The translations under genes and the position numbers were made by a program. Below the pieces are notes generated by a model, which saw only the letters and a list, made by a program, of their open reading frames with translations, ran no database searches and had not been told where the DNA came from. From Chrysomallon squamiferum (lineage: Eukaryota; Animalia; Mollusca), in NCBI GenBank assembly GCA_012295275.1, contig CM022669.1, positions 8,742,001 to 8,806,000 on the forward strand: a DNA stretch of 64,000 bases, in the 5' to 3' direction. Positions 40,501 through 55,143 of the stretch are shown in pieces. Every line of letters starts with the position of its first letter. Position 1 is the stretch's first letter.

Positions 40501-43500
40501 ATGCAGCAGTAAGAACAAACGTGATTAGTAGTTAATGAACATTTGATGTTGATACAGAATTAAAATGAAAGAAAAATATGTGCTGTCAATTTCATAGTTA
40601 GGATTCCCAAAACAACACATATTTCCTGTATACATTTCACTGGTTTTCTACCAAACATGACCATTTCACAGCAAACAATAACCAACATGGGAATATGTAT
40701 GTATATATATATATGAAGTGAATACTAAAGTTGCTCATCAAAAATGGTCTGACATTAATTTAGACTTGCTGGTAAAACAGCTGACTGATTTGACAGAGAA
40801 CTTGCTGCCTCAGTTTATTTATGTGTTACTTATTTGTTACACCATCAAGCCATGATGTTTGCTACATGCAGCAGAACAAACAGAGTTCAACGTGTGCTTT
40901 CAACAGTGCCCTCCACCTGTACCTACCACTGAAGATTCAGCAATAAATCCAATCTGTAACTGATTGGAATCGGAGGGAGATAGATTTGATATTGAGGTAA
41001 TATCTACTGGACGGCCTGGGCACTTTCCATTTCTGACTGATGTAATCTGAAAAAAGTGACAATTTCAAGTTACTGTTCACACACGTACCCTCGCATATTC
41101 TGACGCCCACGACACATCGAGCTGATTAGAAATTGTTGGAGAAAGTCTACAAAGGGAGGTAATATCAACAGGTCTTCCTGGTCTCTTGGGTTCAACACCT
41201 GGTTTAGTGGTGGGTAAAGGATTCTGCAAGAAGAAAGCAATTTTAATTTAACTTGAATATTACAATTTCAAATATTCTCTGCAACCCAATTATACTGTAT
41301 TAATTTTAAAAAATTAAAAAATTTAAAAAACACACAAATACATACAAAATACAAGTAACAAAAATAATATACCAAATAATTACAAAAGTGGACCTTTATT
41401 TTTAACTTAGGAACATTATGTTGAAACCAGTTGTTTTCCAAATATTCCAGACACATACCTATTTTAGGCCAACATATGTAGCCAATCATTTATTTTCTTT
41501 TAATTCAATATATATCTGTTTTGTAAGGTACCAAACTTTTGGGTAAACAAGAGTTCATTACACAGAAATCCAAACTGGAAAAATCTGTGCACCTTCATAC
41601 AACCAAATAAGAACATGGAAAAGTCATGGTATACATATTTAGCATGTTAATATGAATATGCTAAGTTTACTGTATGACAGCAATATACATACCGGCAATG
41701 GAGCCATTTTGCCATTTACACGCACACATATACTTGGTGGAAAATTGTCATCCTGCTCACAGCTAGTTTCCAACAAACAAAATCTAAGAAAAGAAAATTA
41801 AAGATACAAACTATAAAGTGCTAATAGTTTTACCCAATAACATGACAACAGAACTGATAATACAAAAAAATGAACTTAAAATTTGTTTTAAATAAAACTG
41901 TGACCGAATCAACAATGAAATTAAAAAGCAAGATTATTAAATGACTTAGCAACTACTAGGGTACATGCACATATTTATTTCTGTAAAATAGGAATTTGTC
42001 CACCATATATAAAATTTAACAAAGAAATATGCTTAAAATGTTTTAGTTTTTGTTTTATGCAAAATCATTTTATTGTTTATAATACATCTACTCATTCTTT
42101 AGTAACACTTACCTTAACTGCACCTGAACCATGTATTCACATCTAGCTCCTGGTCGAAAATCTCTGAATAAAAAAAAAAGTCAAATGTGTAACTTTTCAT
42201 TCTGACAAACTAAACATTAAATATTCAGTGCTATATACAACACTTACAACAGCAATGACAACTGCTACATAACATGCTGAGGAGGTTTTGAGAGGATAAA
42301 TGTTGAACTGTGATGTAAAATGATGCCTTCTGTATTCTGACCAGTATGAATGTGATCTTCAGTGATATTGTAATCTATCATTACTTTCAATGAGGTGTGC
42401 AGCTATCAGTAGCTATAATGTCGTACACAGTGAAAGAAGTTACCTTGACATTGCAATGTCCTGTGCTTGCTGCGGTGTGAGGTGAAATACAAAGTAGGAC
42501 TCCTGAAACCTGCTGCTGTTTTTTGGAACTAAAGAAATAAAAAATGTTAAGCAGAAATTAATATATAAACAATTACATCAGACTGAAATACTAGCTGTCT
42601 TGTTAAAGTTGGCAATTTTCTAAATCTCATTAGAAATTATTTTAAAGCATTAACGATTACTGATCTTTTGGTATTGCAGCCCATTCTAAGAATTTTTTTT
42701 AAATTAATCTTTTTAAGGTAACTAAGCATAAATGTTTTGTGTTTACAATACTGTGATACTTGCTGCTGAAATATTCACATATAAACAAGGCTAAAATTAA
42801 ATTCTTTTTTTTTCCCCAAGTGATGTTTTTTTCTGAGGAAACAGTGTTTACAGAATTATTTGATTTTTGTATTCACTTCAATGACCTCTACTACAAACAC
42901 ATTTTTTTAAATGTCCACATTTTAATTTGATTAAATTCTGGTAACCATTTAGAAAAAATAAGAATAATTAGCAAACAAATGTTTTTTAATGAAAAAAGTT
43001 TCTGTTGTTGTTATTTTCAAATTTTATTATTTGTAGCAAATGATAAACAAACGAGTAGAAATATAGATACACGAAGACATTAAACAGGATGTTTCTATAA
43101 CAGACCAGAGAATTCAACTCAGTGCAGAAATGTACACACTTCAGTGAAGTATGCTGAGCCTGAGTTTATCTGGGTCATATTTACATGTTTACAACAATTC
43201 ATCTAATTTGTTTGAAAAGGTCACAAATATATTTTAAAATGTTCATATTATTATTATTTTTTATCTTTTTGAAATACATGGCATCTCAAAATTTGCTATC
43301 TAGAAAAATTGTTTCAAGACATGAAATGTATTAAATTAAATTCAACAAAAACCAGTGAAAATTTCGTAAATACACAAATACATATCTTTATGACAGTACA
43401 GCATTTGATACAAGAACATCCTGCACCAATGAGATAGAAAATGTACTTTTGCAACACCCAGAATTATTTTAGAATATACTGTTAACAATACTTTTTTTAA

Positions 43501-46500
43501 TATATTAATACGGCTTTGTTATTTCTGATATAGAAAAATGAGGATTTTGACACAGTAGTTACAAGACTAAATAAATTAAAGAAACAACAGAAACAAACTT
43601 TCAATGATATAAATGAAAAAGTTACAAACCAAGGCTAGTTGGTTTCATGAGTTCTCCAAGAACATCATAGAATGGAAGGTGTTTGAATCTGACATCAGGA
43701 TGAACTGGTATGCCTATGGATGAAGGAGAATGACTTGACAAAATCTTGTTACTGTAGTCAATCGCACCTGCAATATAAACAGCGGCTGTCTAGGAAGCGT
43801 GCAAACTAGGAACAACAAAACATAAAACAAGCCTGCACAGATTTGAATGGTAAAGTTATTTCCTTTGTTTATCTTTTCTCAATGCTCTTTACTTTGTAAT
43901 TATTATCTGAGACAATTTTGTTCTTCTGATGTATTAACAGAAATATTTTGTTCAATGTTTTTAACAAAAAAATAATTGGTATTTTTTTCCCCTTTCTTTT
44001 TTTCAAATATCAAGGCTTTAAAAAACAATTTCGGATTTAAATGCTGAAATAAATAAATAAAAATAACAAAACAAAATAAAAATAATTTAAAAAATATTTT
44101 AAAATCACCAGAAACAGAATATTTTTAATTATTTTTAAGTTCTGTATCATTAATTTTGAAAACCCCTTCAAAGCTGTACTGGCAAACAATGTCTCAAAGC
44201 AAGTGTTAAAAAGAAACCAAAACAAAAAAAATACAACTAGGCAGAAAAATTTGCAAAGCTAACATTATGCAAAGCATATTAAGTAAAATAAATTAATCTA
44301 TTAGGTATGTAATCTGCATTAAGTAAATAAATTTAAAACATTTTTTTTGTTATAATAGTTACAGTGCAATGTGGCAGCCATGCTTGCATAGCGCATATTG
44401 AAAAATAACTGTTAACAAAACTTAACAAAATGGAATTGGAAATCTGTTTCTATGAACTGAAAGAAATGCAAGCTTTATTAGCTGTTATGCTGTATAAATA
44501 TAAAAAAAAAAAAAATAAACAACCAATTTCTTTAGGTTGAATGAATAAATGAAGAAAAACAAGTTAATCCCTAAATTTAAAAAAATACGAACAATTGGGA
44601 GAAAGTGTTTGCTTTGTGATGGAATAAAACTTTAGTGCAATATGAATAGCAGATACACAAAAATAAATTCATAATAAATTGATACATGTGATCATTAATC
44701 TAAACTATCCAAACATTAAGTAAAATGCTCAATACAAGAATCTGAATAATTAACAGAAAACTGAAGTCACTAATTTGGACATTAGTTCCCGATATAATAT
44801 CGACACAAAAGTAAAGGTACCTGATATACAGTTTGTATTACTAAATGTATGTTCATCAAAGTTTCCAAAATAATTTCTCAAATTCTGAACTGGGAAGGTT
44901 CTCAGAATTCTTGTACATCTTTCACTACAGATAACATGCGGATTCATTTGATGAAAAATACTGTGTAACTGTTCAGTTTGTTTTTTACAAGTCAACTGTT
45001 CTGCTTTTCCCCGTCTTTGTTGTGGACCAGAATTTAAACATGCACCAGGCTGGTTACAAGCAGCTATATCTTCACACCTTACTGTGGTTTATACAGGAAA
45101 CAAATCAATGCATTTACTGATTTACCTCACAAATAAAATCTGATCACCTTGTTTTGGTTTCCACAATTAATAATTCTGATGAAAATTTAAAAGCATGTTA
45201 ACATTTTCAAGCATATAGTGTCTGATGTAATTTGTTTATTTAGTTGTGGTTTTAAGTTTCTAATCTGTAGAAGGCTATAGTTTTGTAAAACAAGTACCAG
45301 GGTATCCAGAGATAAATTGACAAAAGATCTAGACCAAATATAAAAATGCTTTAATATATTAATATAGAATTAATGGTCATGTATAATGCTTGCTTACCAG
45401 AATTCTTAGTTATTGTGGAAGTTCTGTTATCATCTTTACAAATATTTGCAACTACTGCATTACTTAATAAACCAGTGGGATTAGTTTCTCTGGAAATTCT
45501 AGTACTTGCAACTTCTTTGGTCAAAGAGGATATAGCTTTTCTCAAAATTCTTCTCTGACTGGCTTCGTTTTTTGTGGGAACTTCAGAATCCATGTAAGTC
45601 ATTGCATCCATAACAGTTTCCGATGCTTCACTGGTACTAATAACAGTAGTGCTGGCGTTTCCTTTAGTTAGTGAGGTCACTATATTACCACTGCTGTTCA
45701 CAGCCGCAGTAAGAGCACTGCAAGTGGAAGATGTTTTTGTTAAACCACCACGATGTTTCTTTTTTCTTCTTCTCAGATGAACAGTCTCATCTGTATCCAA
45801 TGCTGCTAACAAGCAGTCAGTTCTACCATGTCTAGAAGTTCTCATCTGTGACATCTGTCTGTCTGTACTGCAGGCAGAAACACTGATAGCATTACTTTCA
45901 TATGAATTTACTTTGCTGTCACTTTCGGAGCTTTTTATCAGTTTAACAACAGAGCTAATATTCTTTGCTTGCTTTATCCTTCTTGGTGCTGATACTTTTT
46001 CAACACCAGACAACAAATGTTGTTTTGCTGCGTTCTGCTGACTTCTGGTAAAAACCATTATACTAACATAAGCAACACCATAGACCAATTATTCATTTTA
46101 GTAAGGTAACCACTTCCTTTTCCTTCTGAACTGTAATTATGAACCCAATATGAGTAAATATCACTTTCAAATGGTTTAAATCAGTGTATTTCATACAACT
46201 GTATTCTCAGCTGGCTAGTAACAAAGCCACTAATTAGAAATCTTTCAAGCTGTACTCTGTAAGCTTGGATTAGAGTAGCTTTTGTTTTCACAGCTTGGAT
46301 CACTATAAAATAAAACTATTAAAACTACACCTTAATTATTCAGATAAATACATGCTATACCTTAAGAAAACATTTAAATAAAGAAGTACACAAAAGTATG
46401 ATTTTTTTTTTTAAATGTAAGAAGAAGAAAAAAATTGTCCATGTGGTTTGAAGAATACATGTACTTCCATACAACTTAAAAGAAGTAAAGAAGTTTAGTC

Positions 46501-48596
46501 AATAAATCTCAAAAATGCTTCTGAACTTGAAAGGTATGCTAAATGAAGTAATATATGTTCTTTGAGTCATAATATTTGTCAGTTTGATTAATTCTTCTTA
46601 AAAATATATGCTCACATGTTGCCACAAATTGTACAGCAAAACTACTCTCTTTTAGCATTATTACTCACTACAAATCTAATGGTTTATTGCTTACAAATCT
46701 AATGGTTTACTGCTTACAAATCTAATGGTTTACTGCTTACAAATCTAAGCTTACATGGTGCCACACCTTGTGGTGGAGGCTGGGGTTCTGCAACAGGCTG
46801 TGTTGGGCTAGAGTTTCCTGGATACACTGCCCGTCTTTTGTTTAAGTTCGTGGAATTAAAGATTTGTCTGAACAAAGGTAAAAAAATAAAAAAAATAAAT
46901 TAAAAAAAATAATAATAAATAAATAAGGTTGTTTTATAATATTTGAAATTATACATTTGTCATTTTAAAGAATTTTTTTTTTTTTTTTTTAAAGTATGAA
47001 TAAATGTGATTTGGTGGCTATCCAAAAATTCTGGTTGAAGACATTACATTTGTCTTATATGTATGAAAACAATAAAAGACTGAATAAAAGCAACAATATT
47101 TAAGAATGTTAAAAAAATGTTAAATAAAATCAGAAAATTAAAACAATGACACATTTGAAACCATTCATATTACACCTTTGAATTAATATCTTTGTTACAA
47201 ATAATCTGACATGTTACTTATTTAAAAAAAAAAAAAAAAAAAAAAAAATGACTGAAAGAAAAATGGCTTTGTATAGAATACCTGTAGAGTTCCCTAATTT
47301 TGATTTGTACAGGCATTGTTGTTCCCTTCTGAATTAACTGTAAGGCTCTCTGCAACAATTCCTGTTTTCTTCCACTTTTATTCCTCCCTGCAAATCCCAG
47401 AAGGACTTGCAGTTCAGATACACGAAAACTCATCACCATGTGCTACAAAATAAAATTTGATAATATCTCCACAAATCCAGTTCAAATCAGTTTGGCTCAT
47501 CTTTGTTCTTTACAAAATGGCTTACAAAATGTCATTTACTTGTTTGTTTTACAATAAAATATATCACAGTATTTTTTAGTGTAATATTTGAAATTAAATC
47601 AAAAGATAGAACAACATAAGCAACCTAATATAAACTTTCAGTCAGTCAATAACTTTATTATATAACATAGAAATGAAAATTTACAAAAATTATTTTAGAT
47701 GAAGTATTTTAATCAAATTATTGCACAGAATATGTAGTGTAGCAAAAACAATCAACTGATAATTATCACATTTTTTGTATTATTATTTAATAATATTATT
47801 AAGTGTATCATTACTTGTACAATGTATATGAAATTAAATAAATAATATTTGAAGGGTAATTAAACTAACAGAAATGTAATTAAATTATAGTTACTGAATT
47901 AATAATTATATTAATATTGTTGCTTAAAAGTAGGAAATAATTTCCAAAGAATATTGAAAATTATGTCTGGTCTAACAAAAATTAACTTTAGTTGCTTGTA
48001 AAAAGTGTAAACAAAAGAGGAAAAACACAAGACTGAGGACTCAAAGGACATGAACGAAACGCAATAAAAACAAAGTCTTTAAGTTTCCTTTATGGTTAGA
48101 TTGCTTCATAACTCAATGCTCGCATTCATTATTCTGATGCACATCAATTGTCACTCGACTGACTGTGGACTCGAGAGTGAAATTGAACATCATCCTGATG
48201 TCTTAAGTTAAAGAATGTTTAAAAGCTTCCGTTCGTGTTAAAATCATAACTCAAACAATATTAAATAATCTTTGTACTCTGAAAATAAAATATAATAGTT
48301 GTTCATTTCTTGAGCACTTTATGTGCATACGACTTTTTTTCGTTATTATTATTATTTGTAATTTTTTTTTTTTTTACGATGTTCGTGTTTGTAATTCTGA
48401 GTTCGTGAAGTTGGGCACTTTTTTACAGTTTATGGCAAAATTAAACAATAAGACTCTAAGTCGTTCAGCGGTATTCTCATTCGATACTTTATATACAAAA
48501 CTAAATGAAAAATATTTCACAAAAACTAACAAAATAACAACTTTGAAAACAATATTTAAAATTTGCGCAAACCTTCAAATCTGCGGCGTCTGCCAT
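28119..48596 (-). CDS. PIAS: PIAS-family SUMO E3 ligase (SAP, PINIT, SP-RING, SIM), long isoform
   Basis: Exons (minus): 48596-48573 (MADAADLK), 47442-47282 ([29 protein letters not shown]), 46867-46755, 43767-43630 ([15 protein letters not shown]), 42528-42444, 42163-42113 (VQVQLR), 41783-41693 ([16 protein letters not shown]), 41223-41089 ([16 protein letters not shown]), 39943-39838, 39359-39286 ([18 protein letters not shown]), 39113-38953 ([20 protein letters not shown]), 38546-38389 (EDGSW), 38003-37433 ([17 protein letters not shown]), then 30662-30424, 29025-28991, 28238-28119 (DVISLD*). A short isoform reads through to the stop at 37429-37431. Core gene is secure; distal three exons are less certain. 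Confidence 0.93.
28991..29025 (-). CDS. PIAS: PIAS 35-nt small exon (E)[11 protein letters not shown]
   Basis: tgtttctgttttcag acceptor and AAG|gtaaaa donor; phase 1 in, phase 0 out, exactly what is needed to join the flanking exons. Confidence 0.65.
29200..30290. repeat. Compound minisatellite (~41 bp unit grading into ~35-37 bp unit)
   Basis: gacagtattattattttcatt..gtactt units at left; cctacagacaatgcagtacaactgatggtggatatgt units at right. Confidence 0.9.
30424..30662 (-). CDS. PIAS: PIAS alternative C-terminal exon ([24 protein letters not shown])
   Basis: tgtgtttttcag acceptor, G|gtaagt donor, open frame, phase 2 entry matching the TG|gtgagt donor at 37433/37432. Confidence 0.75.
31380..31720. 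repeat. Degenerate minisatellite (~30-38 bp unit)
   Basis: Recurring aatctattgtgaaatgtgtgtatgagacaactgtatg. Confidence 0.75.
32075..32512. mobile_element. Possible decayed non-autonomous DNA transposon (MITE-like)
   Basis: Imperfect terminal inverted match (gccgtaactagact versus agtgtagttacagac), GC-rich internal hairpin ctgggggc..gcccccag, flanked by TA runs. Confidence 0.4.
39930..40262. repeat. Degenerate minisatellite (~40-45 bp unit) that includes the PIAS exon/acceptor junction
   Basis: atagacagtaaccctgtaaaatattgaaataacattac and decayed copies. Confidence 0.7.
40927..41046 (-). CDS. PIAS: Duplicated PINIT-motif exon (copy B), probable mutually exclusive alternative to 41089-41223
   Basis: cacttttttcag acceptor, GTG|gtaggt donor, 120 nt phase 0-0, [40 protein letters not shown] aligning with copy A ..[33 protein letters not shown]. 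Confidence 0.82.
44821..45081 (-). CDS. Candidate PIAS cassette exon (87 codons, phase 1-1)
   Basis: ttgtttcctgtataaaccacag acceptor, TCAG|gtacct donor, 261 nt stop-free ([31 protein letters not shown]); no recognisable domain. Confidence 0.45.
45398..46058 (-). CDS. Candidate alternative first coding exon of PIAS ([12 protein letters not shown].., ~220 aa, Ser/Thr/Lys-rich)
   Basis: Long stop-free ORF inside an AT-rich intron on the PIAS strand, ATG at 46058, TCTG|gtaagc phase-1 donor compatible with downstream exons, basic cluster RRRKKKHR. Confidence 0.6.
46668..46754. repeat. 23-bp tandem repeat containing repeated gtaagc donor motifs
   Basis: acaaatctaatggtttactgctt x3-4, abutting the donor at 46754. 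Confidence 0.8.
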
Positions 48597-48924
48597 TTCC
48601 GCTCTTTTATTACGCATGCGCAATTTGGATACTCAAATCGCTCACTTGCTCAACCTCTATTATCAAATTCGTAAACTGACTCATATTAGCGATTTCCGAA
48701 GAACGACAAAGTTCAGTTTAATCTATTTGACATTGACCTATTCTGATGTCAGGAACAAGTTTGCCATTCAAATATGAACAAAACAAAACAAAACAATAAT
48801 TATAATAATAATAAATAAGTAAATGTGACCATAAAACTGTAATATTACTGCAACAATAACTTCCCTCTGCACTAACAGTTCCCAACGTTTGTATTTTGTT
48901 TTTGTTCTTTATTTTCTTTTTCTT

Positions 48925-48959
<35 letters not shown>

Positions 48960-49057
48960 CCCCCCTTTGGGTCGATTGGCTAAAAACCTGTAGAAACAAA
49001 CTGGAAAGGTCATTAAAAATGTTACATAACGTTAGTTAGAATTTTTTTTTTTGGGGG

Positions 49058-49098
<41 letters not shown>

Positions 49099-49825
49099 TT
49101 AGGACAGAACAATAAGTGATATCGATTATTATTATTATTGTTGTTGTTGTTGTTTTAAGCAGCAGTGACATATATATGTTTTCATGATTACTGCTATTGT
49201 CAGCACCATTAAAAAAAATGGTGTTCAAATCATTGATTGTATATATAACCCGCCTAACTAAATAATTAATATGAAACATTTGTTACCATGTAGGCATCTA
49301 CAAACATGTTCTTTCTTATTTCAAACTAATAAGAAAAAGGCATTTTTGGCTAGCAAACGAAAAAAAACCCCACCAGATGACCAAATAAATAAATAAATTG
49401 TTTAGTCTTATCTGATAATACTGTAGCCTCATGAAATAACAAAACACGACAAAACAACTCTAAGGTATTGAAAATAATATTTAATCACTGGTAAGATGTG
49501 GAAAATGTTATTAATTTAAATTCACTGTACGTCCAAAGCGTGCTAATTTCCTGCCAAATAAAATATAACGATAAGCCTCTTAAGAGTTAACCGAATAACT
49601 AAAATAACGTCGTAATTTTATTGTGATGATGAAAAAGTGAGACCCTAACTAGTTTTTTCAAATTGCTTGGCAGAAAAATTATTTAACTAGATATAACATT
49701 CGATTTTTTTTAGTTTACACGCCATAAATTCCTTCGTGGTATACCCATTGTATCTTATTTACTGTTAACTAGAAATTTCGGTGGTTCTCTTCTCATAAAA
49801 CAGGAATTACAACATAACAACAAGA
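48597..49825. promoter_or_regulatory. Divergent (head-to-head) promoter region PIAS / NDUFS7
   Basis: ATGs 1230 bp apart on opposite strands; CpG-richer; NRF1-like TACGCATGCGCA 48611-48622; AP-1 TGACTCA 48677-48683. Confidence 0.7.
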
Positions 49826-52522
<2,697 letters not shown>

Positions 52523-54256
52523 TACTGGATTGTTATACTATTTATTGTACACACACATTGTTTACAGAAGACATTAATTTTGTTTTTAGTAACTAGAAAG
52601 AAAAAATATATTTCTGATCATGGACAGGTATTAAAAATAAAAACAGTTTTGCACAGATATCTGATATACAAAACTTCATTCAGTGATTTACAAAATATTC
52701 TTTGTTTAGCTTGAAATATGATGTATCATGTCAGTGAAAGTGTGTTTAAATAATGTGAAAAAATAAAACTGAATTTACAAATATTTTGTTATTATTTTTG
52801 AAAACCTTTAAAGTAAGTAAAGATTTGTGTTGATTGCAGTCAAGAAATGATTCCTAAAGTAGGTGAAGGCAGAATAGTGAATTACATAACAAAGACACAA
52901 TGGTGTTTTTTCATTGTGACATCAAACACAAGCAGGACATATAAACCACGTTTTTTTTGTTATTTTTTGGTTACATGCTAATGGTAAGAAATTTCAGATA
53001 TAAAATGTATGTTCCACATCAAAGAATCACTTTATTGAGCCAACAATCAAAATGGCTGCAAATTCATTGCAGTTTGGTTTAAATAATGACTCGCTCCTTA
53101 AATGTATTACATAATTTTTATTTTCCACAAACACAGTTTTCTTTATTTTTAATATACTTAGTCTGATTATTATTAGAATATTTTGAAACTGCTGTATAAA
53201 TCAATTTAACCTGTTATTATTAAAAAAAAAAAAAAAAAAATGATAACAAATTTTTAATAAGTGTCACTGCAAACTGTATGAAAGCGTAACACACTTGACG
53301 AGTGTCATAATAATATTCGATTCCATAAGAATCGTGCCATGATGTTAATTTAATACTACATCCGTATTTTTAACCCAACCTTCTAAAATTGACTGGTTAA
53401 AAGTAATGTGAGAAAAACCAGTCTATTTATATGTCTGCTTTAGTTTACTCAAAGTAAGAAAACATAAATGATTTTCTTTCATAGAGCTATTGATTTCAGT
53501 GTAATATATGTAACAAAATATTGAAGTTTTTCTCTTCTAGACGTGTATTTCGATCCCTTATAAGTTATATATTGCTTTTGTAATTTTATATTTCGTATAA
53601 TCATGACAGCAAAGCAAATTATTTAATCATATTTCATAGTCATAGTGTTTTGCTTTTAAGATTATGGATTTATGTTTATCGTATTTAATTTACCTTTTGA
53701 GATAAACTGGAATACAACTTAGTTAAATGATCTTTTTACATTATTTATTACTGCTATTGATTTTAACACGCATTTTGATAGAAAATACTTATATATATAA
53801 TATAGTGGTTCATATTCGTACATGTCAACATGGTAACTCACCATACTGTCCGTGAACGTAGCACATGATAATATGCAAACTATGCAGCGTTGAAGAGCAG
53901 TGGAGATTATGTTTGTAAAACAAACAAATTACATATGACAAAGTTGTTAGCTAAATGTCATGCACACGTCATAACATAAGCGATAGCCTTTAATTATTAT
54001 AATTTCACATTTTTTATTTTGATGTTTGATCAACTTAAGTATATATAGCAATAATATATTCTTAACAATTAGTATTTATAAAAGACTGTCCTAATTCTTC
54101 CACTGTTATCAGCATTATAATGATTGTTTACATTTATTTATTACTTTCAGTCTCCAGCATTGTGAATAAACACAAACATAAATCATTGTTCACTGAGAAA
54201 ATAATCTCTGATGAACTATTCAAGTCTCGTAACATGGAAGTTTTGTTGCAGTGGTC

Positions 54257-55084
54257 ATGGCTGAACTTGGACTTGTCAGTGTTGTTCTCTTCATTGCCAC
54301 TGGTGGTTTGGTGAGTTTCAAAATGTAACTTGTCACTAAATATATTTTGGCCATTCTGATTATTACAGAATTTACACTGTTCTGTTGCTGTCTGATTAAA
54401 CATAAGAACACATAAGTCTTAACTTTATTCACAATGTTATTTGTATTCCAGTACTATAAGATCCATTATGTATTGTAACATTAACCAGCCAGAAAAAAAA
54501 GTTTAAAAAATAAAAATTAAATGCTAGACTAATCATAAAAAATAAATATACGAAACTTAAAATCATTCTAATTTTTTTTTTAAGTAATAAAAATCATGTG
54601 ACATGATACTTGTAATGAGAAAATCACTATAGATCAATTTTTTTCATGAATAATTTTAGTCAATAAAGTTTAAAAAAATATTACTAATAGCTGTCTAACA
54701 ATATAACATTATGTTTTAAATATGATATATTTTTAGGTGTTTATTCTCCTGTTTCTGTTTGCAAAAAGACAAATTACAAGATTTACACTGAAATCAGCAC
54801 GACGTCCACACATTAACATTGGTTTTGATGCTCCTAAGGTAATAAAAACAAATCATTGTTATTTACTGAAATGATTTCTTTGATAATTTTGCCATTCTGT
54901 TCAAAGTGTGTGTAAAAATAAAATAATGCAGAGTTATGTGAATTCCTTTTTTAATTATTCCTGTCAATAAATTGTTTGGAAAGTTATTTTTAACTTTTTA
55001 AATCTTAATAAATAAAATACCAGATGAACATTTATTCATAATACTAACAAATTAGTTGCTTGTATAGTAAAACACGAATATTTA

Positions 55085-55143
<59 letters not shown>

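Noticed and set aside
48146-48160. aattgtcactcga as a miR-92 family mature sequence
   Set aside because: Seed is interrupted (AATTGTCAC versus AATTGCAC) and the 3' part does not match.
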